Shown: in pieces, positions 25,995 through 38,190 of the stretch
Layout of the letters: the number at the start of each line of letters is the position of its first letter
How positions within the stretch are numbered: the stretch's first letter is position 1
Source: Octopus sinensis
Taxonomy: Eukaryota
Reading direction: 5' to 3'
NCBI RefSeq assembly: GCF_006345805.1
Contig: NW_021835110.1
Location: forward strand, 1-42,373
DNA: 42,373 bases
Translations under genes and position numbers: made by a program
The notes under the pieces: generated by a model
The model's input: the letters and a program-made list of their open reading frames with translations, nothing else
Databases searched by the model: none
What the model was told of the DNA's origin: nothing

Positions 25995-26931
25995 GATATA
26001 AATACATTGCGTTGAATATTTTCAATACTCGTACGGGTACGGGATATGCAATTGTCTTATATCGCCAGTCATCTATCACTATGTGGTTAATGTGATCAAT
26101 GTTTACCTCGGCAGTGGTAGTTGCAAGAGGTCCAGACCTTTGGGAAATCTTCAAGTCCTCCACCTCATAAACTCAGCTGCTCACTTTTGCACTGTTGCTA
26201 AACTTGGAGCGACATCCCCTAATGAAGTAACCGTGTCAGCATGAATGTCGCGGGGGTGGAGAGCTAAACACTTTTTCTTATTTCTTTAGTGCCCACAAGG
26301 AGCTAAACATAGAGAGGACAAACAAGGACAGACAAAGGGATTAAGTCAATTGCATCGACCCCAGTGCGTAACTGGTACTTAATTTATCAACCTCGAAAGG
26401 AAGAAAGGCAAAGTCGACTTCGACGTAATTTGAACTCAGAACGTAACGGGAGACGAAATACCTATTTCTTTACTACCCACAAGGGGCTAAACACAGAGAG
26501 GACAAACAAGGACAGACAAACGGATTAAGTCGATTATACCGCCACCAGTGCGTAACTGGTACTTATTTAATCGACCTCGAAAGGATGAAAGGCAAAGTCG
26601 ACCTCGGCGGAATTTGAACTCAGAACGTAACGGCAGACGAAATACCGCTAAGCATTTCGTCCGGCGTGCTAACGTTTCTGCGAGCTCCCCGTCTAAGCCC
26701 TTTTTCTGCAGGTACTTGATTCCACCATGATGCCATATTTTGTCCATTTACAAGATAAGTCGCCACTAGTTACTTCTAAAGACTTCTTCGAACCGTCAGA
26801 TGCCAATTGACCTGGAAAGAAACAATGAAATTATCAAGAAAACTTGAAATTAATGCATGCAAGATTTCACAGTTCTAGCATCATTCCTTCATAATCAGCG
26901 TACGAAATTTTGAACCCACCTTCCTATGTAA
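25995..26931 (-). mobile_element. Mariner (Tc1/mariner) transposon, 5' part, transposase pseudogene split by a SINE dimer
   Basis: ATG at 26747: MDKIWHHGGIKYLQKKGL, then after the insertion DIHADTVTSLGDVAPSLATVQK*AAEF...RSGPLATTTAEVNIDHINHIVIDD (mariner HTH region). Candidate 5' TIR near 26931 is less certain. Confidence 0.85.
26278..26692 (-). mobile_element. Head-to-tail dimer of SINE family A with one 14-bp TSD
   Basis: Junction 26461/26462; TSD CTAAACACTTTTTC (26264-26277) vs CTAAGCCCTTTTTC (26693-26706), 12/14 identical. Confidence 0.88.
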
Positions 26932-27028
26932 AAATGTGTGTGCGTGCAATGCAAATAAGTATGTACGTATATGTGTATGCATTTACGTATATATGTGTAC
27001 ATATGCAAGTACGTATGTATATATATAT

Positions 27029-27260
27029 ATTTCTTTACTACCCACAAGGGGCTAAACATAGAGGGGACAAACAAGGATAGACAAAGGGATTAAGTCGATT
27101 ACATCGACCCCAGTGCGAAACTGGTACTTAATTTATCGACCCCGAAAGGATGAAAGGCAAAGTCGACCTCGGCGGAATTTGAACTCAGAACGTAACGGCA
27201 GACGAAATATGGCTACGCATTTCGCCCGGTGTGCTAACGTGCCTGTCAGCTCGTCGCCTT
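27029..27260 (-). mobile_element. SINE family A, full length
   Basis: Colinear with the family consensus. Confidence 0.92.
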
Positions 27261-27303
27261 TTATATACGTTATATATACGTATGTATATACGTATATATA
27301 TGG

Positions 27304-27346
<43 letters not shown>

Positions 27347-27852
27347 ATATATATATATATATAATATACGTATTATATATATATATATATATATATTATA
27401 TATTATATGTATGTATGTGGTATCTATGGCACCTCTGTTTCTCTGTATGTGTGAGAGTTGTGTACCTCCTTCTCCGTATATATTGGGCATAAGAGTAATC
27501 TATATTTGTTTATCAGTTACTGTATCTAAAGTTACAGAGTAACTTAAAAATGATGCAAGGTAAACAGATATAATCTAACAACAAGCTGATAATTACTTCA
27601 GATAATATTTCGTTTAAGATTCAATAAATACTGAAATTTGTATTATATTTCATGCTATATAACATAGAATGCAAACACAGAAACATACGCTCTCTTTCTC
27701 TCTTTCTGTCTCTATTTGTCTTTTAATCTATCTGTGGATTTTCTATCGATCTATTTTTCCTCCTCAATTCCTATTGTACAACTTTCAGCGAATATATATA
27801 CAGGAATATAGTACTAATGTAGACACACACATTTTCATGAACACACTCACTC

Positions 27853-27885
<33 letters not shown>

Positions 27886-28004
27886 AGCATGGACACATAC
27901 ACACACGCGCACGTACACACACACAAGTGTCTGTGTGTATTGTATGTATGCATGGGTGTATGAATGTACATGTATATAGGTAGATAGATAGATAGATTCA
28001 TATG

Positions 28005-28064
<60 letters not shown>

Positions 28065-28164
28065 GTATGTATGGAAGAATATTATTTCACCACACATATA
28101 TATACACACAAATATATATAAATCTCTGTATATATATATATATAATATTAATATAAATATATAA

Positions 28165-28261
<97 letters not shown>

Positions 28262-28557
28262 CGTGAGAGGATGGAGAAGAGGAGAGAGAGAGAGAGAATA
28301 CATTGTCGTATTCCTTTTATGTCCCGTTCATTTATAGCTCTTTGCTCAGACTATAAAATATTTTCTCACCAACTCAACTGCTTCCTTCGCATGCAGAACG
28401 TGTCTCTAGGTAACACCTCCTCGTCAGATCATCAAGCGTAAATATGGCTTTAATTAACAGGCAGGGATGTCAGGTGTTTTTTTTTTGGGGGGGGAATAAT
28501 CGGTAACACTGGCGCCGGAATACAACGGGCGTGCCTCTTATTTTGTTTCTGCCTTAG

Positions 28558-28649
28558 ATTCTTATTCATAATGTTCTATACTATATTAATCCTGGGTAAT
28601 TATCCTGATTCCGGTGCTGTGGCTCCAGCTTGGGAGTTCAAGAATTTTG
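28558..28649 (+). CDS. Candidate exon FLFIMFYTILILGNYPDSGAVAPAWEFKNF (unknown protein)
   Basis: Acceptor ttattttgtttctgccttag, donor g|gtgagt, one stop-free frame. Could equally be the antisense of a decayed retroelement. Confidence 0.25.
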
Positions 28650-28717
28650 GTGAGTTTGTAGTTACTAGTTAGTTGTCATTTCTCCCAGGTGTACTTAGGT
28701 CCAGTGTGTTGTGCATG

Positions 28718-28958
28718 TTGACTCTTTAGCATTTAAACTGCTCATATCTGTCTCAAATTTTCTGTTTTGTTGCTTGTTTTTTTTTTCTGCAAACCGGCCA
28801 AATTCAACTTCACACACCTACCCTCCAATCTCACTGTAAAAATAAATATTTGCATCATGGAAATCTGGAAACCACAAGATAATCTATGATTAATTCAAAA
28901 CAATGTGAATAAATAAGCATTACGTGTGACAGAGTAATCTGAATGCTTAAAGAATTAA
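28718..28958. mobile_element. piggyBac-like MITE
   Basis: Ends TT(G)ACTCTTTAGCATT / AATGCTTAAAGAATTAA are imperfect inverted repeats with a TTAA-like boundary. Confidence 0.65.
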
Positions 28959-29184
28959 GATTCTCATTTATTGGTCAAATACCAAAAGATAGTCTTGTGA
29001 CTGAGGCTGAGGGAGTTCGGTGGGACGGTGGCGTCTAGACATATGTCACGCAGACCCACAGCTGTGTGGACATTCCTTGATGTCAAGGGAACCAGTTTCC
29101 TTGCTGAAAAGTTAAGCAGTCTCCGTGCACCAAGGATAACAGGGTTTCAGGATTATTAGGGGGCAGGAAAGGTGGTCAGCAGGT

Positions 29185-29405
29185 GAAAGTGTCAGCACGC
29201 CGGAAACAATTGCTTAGCGGCATTTCATCTGTCTCTTCGTTGTGATTTCAAATTCCACCGAATTCGACTTTATCTTTCATCCTTTACGGGTACCAGTTAA
29301 GCACTGGAGTCGATGAAATAATTACCTGTTAAAACACGAGGTCGAAATAATTGACTGTTCCCCACCTCAAAAATTTCAGACCTTTTGCATGTAGTAGAAA
29401 GGATC
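29185..29405 (+). mobile_element. SINE family A, strongly diverged
   Basis: TCAGCACGCCGG...GCTTAGCGGCATTTC...GACTTTATCTTTCATCC. Confidence 0.7.
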
Positions 29406-29616
29406 ATAATTGGGGGAGAAAGCCATTTTTTTGTGAGATTCATGTCTACTTTTGAAGTATCCACAGTGAAGGAGAAGGAAAATTAATTCAACTAGCGAGT
29501 ACTTGTCATGCATCCCAGGGGCACTAGGAACACTCCTCTTTCTCACATCACTCATATCGAGATTCACGCAGCTCAGATACCGAAATAAACACACTCCAGC
29601 CAGTCCGTCTTACTCA

Positions 29617-29720
29617 CAAATCAACCGTCCAGAAGTTTCTTTCTGGTTGTGTTCATCGCTGCATCGATTTCGCATGTGTGTCGGCAGACATATCCAGCTG
29701 CAGGGCACAACCCCTTCTCT
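29617..29720 (-). other. Candidate minus-strand exon (GEKGLCPAAGYVCRHTCEIDAAMNTTRKKLLDG* or REGVVPCSWICLPTHMRNRCSDEHNQKETSGRLI)
   Basis: Acceptor ggtttaatcag, donor ttt|gtgagt; GC-richer unique sequence; no recognised homology. Confidence 0.25.
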
Positions 29721-29829
29721 CCTGATTAAACCATAAAATATGAACAAACTAACAATTTTATTTTATAAGCGTCGAAATGTGTATTGTAAGATACAACTAA
29801 ATGATATTTTATTTTCGAACGCAGCAACG

Positions 29830-30070
29830 CTGTTACAACACCAAAAGTATTGAGTAAAATACCCTTACAAAACGGAAAAACTTGTCAACAAACAGCCTTG
29901 GCTTTATAGCGACTGAATTGCAGATTTATTTGTCATTGGGCAGTTTAGCTTAATGGTAAAGCACTTGGACGGAGTCTGCTAGAGATGTGAGTTCGTGTCT
30001 CATGGCTGTTTGTTGACAAATCCTTCCGCTTTGCAAGGGTATTTTATCTAATATGTTTACTGTTCTAACA
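29830..30070. mobile_element. Fold-back element with a tRNA-like loop
   Basis: Arms 29855-29897 / 30004-30046 (38/43 complementary, extending imperfectly ~25 bp further); tRNA-like sequence 29938-30008. Confidence 0.75.
29938..30008 (+). ncRNA. tRNA-derived pseudogene / SINE-head-like sequence
   Basis: A-box TAGCTTAATGG with D-stem AGCT/AGC, T-arm GTGAG-TTCGTGT-CTCAT, wobble-rich acceptor stem; anticodon arm not canonical. Confidence 0.55.
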
Positions 30071-30179
30071 TCCTTCCTGCCAACTCTAGATAAGCAAAAT
30101 AAACATCAAGAGAAGGAGAAGGCACCGCAGAAATGCTAAATGGTTTACGGCACAAAAGAAATCACTTTAAATTTGCTAA

Positions 30180-30495
30180 AATAATATCCGGGATGCCTTT
30201 ATCTCTACTAAGTATAGATTCAGATGTGTTACCTAAGATTAAATTTGAGGATCTGATCAAAGTCTTTGCAATTCAAAAAAGTAGGGGGAAACTTCTCAAA
30301 TGTAAATAAAGTGGAATTATACAAAAATTATACAAAAATAAACATTATTTTCCCTCTTACTATTTTGTTTCATTTTGAAAAATTAAAATCTGTTTTATGG
30401 TTTCTAATTGTTTATATTTTGAATTACATAAACTTTTATGGGGGCACCAAATCTTTTAAGCGCTCAGGGCCTCGATGGGTCTCAATCCGGCACTG
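30180..30495 (+). mobile_element. 3' end of a hAT transposon
   Basis: 30193-30309 reads PLSLLSIDSDVLPKIKFEDLIKVFAIQKSRGKL* (hAT dimerisation-domain end LSIE...FxxxKxR); TIR-like end ...ATCCGGCACTG. Confidence 0.7.
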
Positions 30496-30747
30496 TTTCC
30501 TGCGTTCGAAAATAAATTATCATCTTATTTGTACATAGAAATATAGCTTTTGATTTATCTCTACAGTAATTGAATCGCACCGCTTGCACTAAGATACAGT
30601 ATTGGCTTACCAACCTCTAATGTACTTGATAGTATGTTACGGTTGCAAAATGAAATGCGGTCTCCCTGCTAGCAATTAATTAATAGAAAATAAAACTGAA
30701 AAACTAAACCTGATCACAAACACGTTTTACGATTCTCTGATCACCAG

Positions 30748-30976
30748 GACCCTACTTCGAAGGAGAGGAGCTTTCTCCGTCCGGGTTGCGGATCCGTGGA
30801 ACAAGCTGCCAGACGAGATGGTGAAGATGCCGACGACCGCTTTGTTCAAAGTCTCCTTTGACCTCAAGTGGCCTGAACTCTTTACATGAACACCACCCTG
30901 TACTTAACTCCACGTCCCCCTACATGGCCTTGCTTTTTGCTTTTGAGCCAAAAAATTAACTAACTAACTAACTAAC
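30748..30976 (+). mobile_element. 3' end of a CR1-clade LINE with (TAAC)n tail
   Basis: RRRGAFSVRVADPWNKLPDEMVKMPTTALFKVSFDLKWPELFT* matches the CR1 FSxRVxxxWNxLP motif. Confidence 0.88.
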
Positions 30977-31053
30977 TTCACAACAGTTACCAAAGCAACC
31001 TTTACCATATTAACGTAGGTAGAAGAGCAATGCCTATGGCCTTTTACACTCAG

Positions 31054-31117
31054 TGACTTCCTCCTCCGAGACTGGTAGAAAGAAAGGAGGAAATTATCCT
31101 CAGACGAGTGTCCTACC
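31054..31117 (+). CDS. Candidate 64-nt exon (V)TSSSETGRKKGGNYPQTSVL(P)
   Basis: Acceptor ccttttacactcag, donor cc|gtgagt; the only open frame is phase-compatible with the 28558-28649 candidate. Confidence 0.25.
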
Positions 31118-32054
31118 GTGAGTCCTTGCGATAGAGAGAGGCTTTGCTAAAATCACTAAAGGACCATTTGTTAACCTGAGATTGTGTGATGGGTTGATGC
31201 TACTATAAAAAAGGCTACGATAATCACCTACTTCTGTCTATAACCCAACGAATATGTACGGGTATGTTACTGGTGTTTCCTACTTTGATCTTGTAGGGTT
31301 AAAAATAAATCAATTTCGTCACGTCAAGAAATCTGAAAAATAGCGACGTGTGTGGTGGGATGGTGGGATGGTGGGATGAAGACAGAATTAAACAATGACG
31401 TCACACATTTCTGTCTCTGACATCTCTATTGAGGTCTGTAATATTTTCTTGTAATTACTATCTCTAATTAATATGTCTGATTGCTACTTCTAATTAGTCA
31501 TACTAATTAATTTTAGGAAAATAATGAAAAACATAACAATAATTAAACAAAAAGAAATTATTGTGCTTCCGGACTTAGCGTGTTTGTCATATTATTTTAT
31601 GAAGAACTTAAAAGTGCTGAGAAGATTGTATTTGAGACAACCCGATTTAAGCGTGATTCTAAGCACCAAGTTCAAAGCCAGCACAAACGCTGCCTTGTTT
31701 CTCATAAGCAGCTTTTACTGTTGCTTGGCACCAGTTTAGCTTTGACTAACCAAAGCCTTTGATCAAAGGTATTCCAGTCAAGTTGATGCTGTCATATTTT
31801 TAGGTATTGTATCATAAAGTAGTTATTTCCCTTTCCATGACGGTAATAAGTGTTATAACAGATATTTGACTGCTATTTCTAGTAGGTTCAGTGACCGAGG
31901 AGAAAGTTCCTCGGTGTTTAATATGAAAATGCTGGTATAAAATAGGAAAATCCGTGCTATTTAGCCCCAGGTCTTCCATGAATGAGTAGCACTTTCATCA
32001 AAAGTGTTTCAGCTGCAATCATCTTATATTGCTTTCAGGTAATTTTTTTTATAT

Positions 32055-32445
32055 TGTTTTCACTTGACTCAGTTATTAGACTGCGGCCATACTGGGGCAA
32101 CGACTTGAAATGTTAAGTCAAATAAATCGACTTCCAGTATATAATTTTAAATGTGGTAACTATTCTATCGGTCTCTTTTGCCAAATCCACAAGTTACGGG
32201 GACGTAAATAGATACCGGTTGTCAAATGGTAATGGTGGGGAAAACACACAAAAAAGACACATACCCCCACACACACGCACACACACACATTCACATATAT
32301 ATGTTTATACACGAAGGGCTTCCACAAAGTTTCCATCAGTTGATCCTAAGCCATAGTAGAAGACATATGCCTATGATGCCACACAAAGAGACTGAACTTG
32401 ATACCACCTGGTGGCAAAATGTACTCCTTAACCACACAGCTATGT
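32055..32445 (-). mobile_element. SINE family B, diverged
   Basis: GACTGCGGCCATACTGGGGC ... TTAACCACACAGC. Confidence 0.75.
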
Positions 32446-32460
32446 CTTCATCATATCTAG

Positions 32461-32499
32461 GGCATTATCCAGATTATCCATGCCTTTCTAAACGCGACA
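32461..32499 (+). CDS. Candidate 39-nt exon (G)HYPDYPCLSKRD
   Basis: Acceptor cttcatcatatctag, donor a|gtgagt, phase 1-1. Confidence 0.2.
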
Positions 32500-33114
32500 G
32501 TGAGTGATTAACAGTTTGGGAAGCAAACAGATTTAAAAGATGACTTCTCTTTTTTAAAAAAATATGGGTGAGTCTAAGAAACTACTGTATCCTTCTCCAA
32601 CAAAGAAATTTCACAGATTATTTTAATCTCAAAGTTTTGTTTAGACAAAAAAGGACAAGAAAATGAAAAGGAGAAAGAAGAATAACAGAAGCATTTACTT
32701 ACACAAATACACATTATGGAGTCTTCGAGACTCAGGCAAGATTTTTACTCAACACTGAACAAGCTGCTGCTTGCTAAATCCTGATCATCATATTGAAACC
32801 TGTTTAGGTATTTTCATTTCACAAAAGTTGAATGAGCTGAGACAGAAGAGCGAAAACGATCACTAGGACACACAGGCATGCACATCTTGCACAAACATAC
32901 ATATATGCATTTATAAATTTAAATAACTATGCAAATGCATGTGCGTGCATGTACGTATGCATGTATTATATATATATATACAAAATATATATATATATAT
33001 TTGCGATGAAGAGCTATGCTCGAAATATCAAACTCTCTCCTTTCACCGAGCGTCAAGCTAATACATATCTTGTGCATGTCCTAATGCTGTCCATTTTTAT
33101 TCGTTTATTTGAAT

Positions 33115-33149
<35 letters not shown>

Positions 33150-33151
<2 letters not shown>

Positions 33152-33365
33152 CAGGAAAATCAAGGAACGGCCATAATAGGCCATTCACCCACTAGAAATA
33201 ACAGCCAAAGCTTCAACCGCAAAACAACATTAATTCCGCAAACCAGGAGAAAATTAAAAAACTTTCTCCTGGTTTGCGGAATTAATGTTGTTTTGCGGTT
33301 GAAGCTTTGGCTGTTATTTCTAGTGGGTGAATGGCCTATTATGGCCGTTCCTTGATTTTTCTGTT
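33150..33365. repeat. Near-perfect inverted repeat, 103-bp arms, 10-nt loop
   Basis: Arms 33150-33252 and 33263-33365 differ at one position; loop ATTAAAAAAC. Confidence 0.97.
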
Positions 33366-33457
33366 GAATTTATAAATGGTCTATGACTATTTAATTTTTT
33401 CCCACTAGGCCGCTGGTGGCAAAAAATTCTACGAAATTTTTTGCCACCCTATATTGA

Positions 33458-33516
<59 letters not shown>

Positions 33517-34252
33517 TAGGCATAGACACACACACGCATACACACACATGCATACACACACACACACACACACAAATAGTGCTTTATTGAAGCTGAAAAA
33601 CTTCACAAACTGCTAACTCAGAGTTATGCGTTATCGATCATCAGACAAAAGTGAGCTCTATAAATAATACGATGGTGTATATACAAATGTTACGATGTTA
33701 ATTATATAATTATGGAATTACTGATCAAACAATCAATTGAAGATAATTAGCCAAGGGATTATTACTTATCAATTAGCAGGAATCTGTTGGATAATGTCGA
33801 CTGACTATTGGTGAAAATTAAAATATCAAAATCGAGTGAAAAAAAAAATATTTACTTAATTCGCATATACACATCGTAACAAGCATAATAAATTGTGTTA
33901 ACGGTCAATCCCTTTTATCTAAAAGACCTCAGTAGTTTTGAAATGTAATAACATCTTCTCAAACTTTAATGGTGAGTTGTTAATTGATTATAATTGCGCC
34001 GTTTATAAGTATCTATAAACCATAGTAATCTTCGAAGAGTTAACTCCTGTCTGGTGATCGGTTATATGAAGCTCTGAGTTACGCTTTGTGAAATTTTTCA
34101 AATTCAACAACGTAACGTATTTTATTCTACTTTTCGGTAATCGCATACGATTATTCTCCATCTTCATTTGCAGCTTTGTGCCCGCAAATGAATATACGAA
34201 ATATACATACATACATGCGCACAGATATACATACATTCATATATACATTCAT

Positions 34253-34610
34253 GTGGAGGCGCAATGGCCCAGGGGTTAGGGCAGCGGACTCGCGGTCGTA
34301 GGATCGCGGTTTCGATTCCCAGACCGGGCGTTGTGAGTGTTTATTGAGCGAAAACACCTAAAGCTCCACGAGGCTCCGGCAGGGATGGTGGTGATCCCTG
34401 CTGTACTCTTTCACCACAACTTTCTCTCACTCTTACTTCCTGTATTTCAAAGAGCCGGCCTTGTCACTCTCTGTGTCATTGTGTCACGCTGAATATCCCC
34501 GAGAACTACCTGTGGAGTGCTCAGCCACTTACACGTTAATTTCACGAGCAGGCTGTTCCGTTGATCGAATCAACCGGGACCCTCGTCGTCGTAACCGACG
34601 GAGAGCTTCC
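34253..34610 (+). mobile_element. tRNA-derived SINE (distinct family, Nin-domain-like from memory)
   Basis: Head GGAGGCGCAATGGCCCAG..GGTTAGGGC, B-box GGTTTCGATTCCC; 3' GTTAATTTCACGAGCAGGCTGTTCCG. Confidence 0.8.
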
Positions 34611-34614
34611 ATAT

Positions 34615-34738
34615 AAATTCATACATTCCTGCATACACACAAACATGCACGAATACATACAAACTTTCATACATACATACATTCATACACACACAAATAT
34701 ACATTCATACATACATAAATACTTACATATACTCACAA

Positions 34739-34773
<35 letters not shown>

Positions 34774-35155
34774 CATGCATACACAAATACATGCATACTC
34801 ACAAACATACAAACATAGATACATACACACAAGCATACATATATACATACACACAAACATACATACATTCATTCATACATACATAATATAGGATAAATAC
34901 AGATATACACTTAAACATACATAAATACATACGAGCATTTATACATGGATACATTCATGCATACATACACTCATACATACATACACACAAACATACATAC
35001 ATACATGCATTCATACATACATACATTCATTCATTCATAAATACATACACTCATACATACATACAAACATAAATATATACAAACATACATTCGTACATTC
35101 ATACATGCAAACATACATACACACATACACACATACATACATTCATTCATACACA
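34615..35155 (+). repeat. Degenerate (TACA)n/(CATT)n
   Basis: Directly visible. Confidence 0.9.
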
Positions 35156-35174
35156 TGCGTATTTAATATCATTT

Positions 35175-35368
35175 AGCTCTTATTGTTTTAGTCATTCGAC
35201 TGCGCCCATACTGGGGCACTGGCTTGACTGATTTTTTATCGAACTGATCAACACAGTACTTATTCTATCGATCGCTTTTTCCGGCACTACTCACTTGCAA
35301 GTACGTAAAGAAACCAGCAACGGTTGTCAAGCGGTGATGGGACAAACACAGACAAACACACGTGACGT

Positions 35369-35415
<47 letters not shown>

Positions 35416-35812
35416 TACACACACACACACACATACACACACACACACACACACACATGCAGATCGCTAGCCACTACACATTATTTATTTTCTCTCCTTG
35501 TTTCTTTCTCTGTTTTATTTTCTGTGGAAGAGCGTTGGTTCGAAACGTTAAAGACTTTTTCACGAGCGTTATACTAATACATCTGTTTTCTTGTCTACAC
35601 CACCTGTCTTCGTCTTTTGTTTTTGTTTTTTTTTTGTTTGAGAATTCTCCCCCTCCCCTATATATATATATATATCTTCTAGGCAGATACCGTTGGCCCT
35701 ATTCAATCACAAGGCATTGGTAAGCTATAGGAGAAAATAGTTGGTCAATATGCCGCACAGTGGAAATGAACCTGAAACCACAGGACTGCAAAGGAAGTCT
35801 CTTAACCACACA
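35175..35812 (-). mobile_element. Fragmented SINE family B (35175-35360; 35690-35812)
   Basis: TTAGTCATTCGACTGCG..., CACAAGGCATTGGT...CTTAACCACAC. Confidence 0.65.
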
Positions 35813-36109
35813 CCTATTCATGCACAGATGTTTTATAATGATTTCAATAGTTTTACGAGTTATACATTATTGATCGTTTATAAAATATGAAGAGGTAGTA
35901 GCATTAATGCATTTCTCAAGGTCACGAAAAATAGATCACAATCGGAACCACATCTAAAATGGATCGAAATTTCGACTCAATGAGAGCTGCAACTTGGTCT
36001 TCTAAATGTATCCAACTATCAGATAGCAGCCATTTTACAATGTTAACTTCACTATTGTTTTTAAAAACATCAGCGATGTTCATGCTTTTCTCTCGGACAA
36101 AATGTCACA

Positions 36110-37020
36110 TTTTATTGCATATAAGACGAGAGTCTTTCAAAAAAATGTCCGAAAAACCAGCCCCGGTCTCATATGCGAAGTTGCTTTAAATCAGTATTTC
36201 TCAACAATTTTTAGCCTCTGGACCCCTTTTATTTCTATTTTACTTGGACTGACCTTCCTAGCCATTCAATGTTTTAAAAGTCTTTTCATATTTTTAGAAT
36301 TAAATTATGTATTAGGGATTGTATGAAATTTGTGTTTTCAATTTTGTCTATTGTAGAGGTATAACCTATTTATTATACATTAATTTTAAATGCAAAACCT
36401 TATGTGAAACCCGAATAGCCATATGGATCTCGGTTGAGAACGACTGTTTTAAATTTTATATGCTTTAAAGGAAGAAAAACACATTTCTATCCTAAATATG
36501 CTCTACTGAAATTGGGGTTCGTCTAACACGACCGTGCTACTAATACAACGGTCCTTCAGTTTAACTTAGCCCTGTAGAAAAATACGGAATATTGGGCTTC
36601 CAACCAAGCCTTTCTCAATACCCTTAAAAACAGAAACTTTTCAGCAGCCCTTCGTACATCTTCTAAGTTTATAGCTATTCATTTCAAATTTTGGCACAAG
36701 GCTAGAAATTTATTTCTATTTCACTTGAACTGACCTTCTTAGCCATTCAATATTTTAAAAATCTTATCATATTTTTAGAATTAAATTATGAATTAGGAAG
36801 TGTATGAAATTTGTGTATTGTAGAGGTATAACCTATTTATTATACATTAATTTTAAATACAAAACCTTATGTAAAAACCCGAATAGCCATATGGATCTCG
36901 GTTGAGAACGATTGTTTTAAATTTTCTATGCTTCAAAGCAAGAAAAACACATTTCTTTCCTAAATATGCCTTTCTGAAATTGGGGTTCGTCTAACACGAC
37001 CGTGCGTCTAATACGCCCGC
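36110..37020 (+). mobile_element. pogo/Tigger-like MITE relic with a partial direct duplication (36228-36546 / 36709-37014)
   Basis: GCATATAAGACG...GTCTCATATGCG at the left; GGGGTTCGTCTAACACG..GTGCGTCTAATACG at the right of both copies. Confidence 0.55.
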
Positions 37021-37367
37021 GCATCTTTTTATACCATCAAATAAGATAATGATGTGGGGTTGTTTGGTAATATAATACCTAAAAATGACCATTGTAATTG
37101 CATACTGCCCTTAAATCACCAGGAGCTTGGCTAATTTTTCTTCATCTTATTATGAATTGCTGTCTTCTAGTTTCGCCAGGTTAATTAAACTTTTGCACGG
37201 CCACACTCTGTTAATCTTCATCGCTCCACACCTAACCACCCGCACCCACCATCACACAGATTTTCGATTAGTTAGCACTGGTGCAATTAAATGCAGTGTT
37301 AAGTTAACTATTTCGTAAATGTCATTAGCCCTGTTCACATTTCCCATTAAATGTTCGTCTTCATCAT

Positions 37368-37744
37368 TAATAATAATAATAATAATAATGATAATAATAA
37401 TAATAATAATAATAATATAATATAACAACAACAACAACAACAACAACAATAATAATAATAATAATAATAATAATGACGACGAAGAAGATAATGATGATGA
37501 TGATGATGATAATCACAAGAGCCATCACTCGTGAATATCATCATCATCACTAGCATCAGATTTATCATCATAATCGTCATTATCGTCATCGCCATCATCA
37601 TAATCATCAACAACAGCAGCAACATTAACTTCGTCATCGTCATCAACAACATCATCATCATCGTCATCATGATCATGATCATCATCATCATCATCACCAA
37701 CATCATCACCGTCATCTTCATCATCAGCAAACAGCATCATCATC

Positions 37745-37814
<70 letters not shown>

Positions 37815-38010
37815 CCATCATCATCACCATCGTCATCATCATCATCATCATCACCATCGTCATCATCATCATCATCATCATCATCATCGTCATCACCAGC
37901 ATCATCGTCACCATCATCATCATCATCATCGTCATCATCATCGTCATCATCATCGTCATCATCATCACATCATCATCATCATCATCATCATCATCACCAT
38001 CACCGTATTC
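37368..38010 (+). repeat. (AAT)n/(AAC)n/(GAT)n then (ATC)n compound microsatellite
   Basis: Directly visible; source of the poly-His/Met ORFs. Confidence 0.95.
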
Positions 38011-38153
38011 GTCGTCATAGTCGCCATCTCAGTGTAATTAGCTTTATTGTCGGTGTTCAGAATTAACATCCGTATAATATTTTGTTCTCGAGTTCATTCT
38101 CTCCATCTCTCTTTCTCACTGTCCTCCCTCTTCTTACTCTTCTCTAATTATAC

Positions 38154-38190
<37 letters not shown>

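Noticed and set aside
26487-26747. 86-aa ORF MDKIWHHGG...
   Set aside because: Chimera of the mariner N-terminus and the inserted SINE; not a gene.
31395-31405. TGACGTCA (CRE) sites here and near 2160
   Set aside because: Isolated 8-mers without a supported promoter; chance occurrence cannot be excluded.
37531-38037. Poly-His / poly-Ile / poly-Met ORFs
   Set aside because: Translation of (ATC)n; no flanking coding context.
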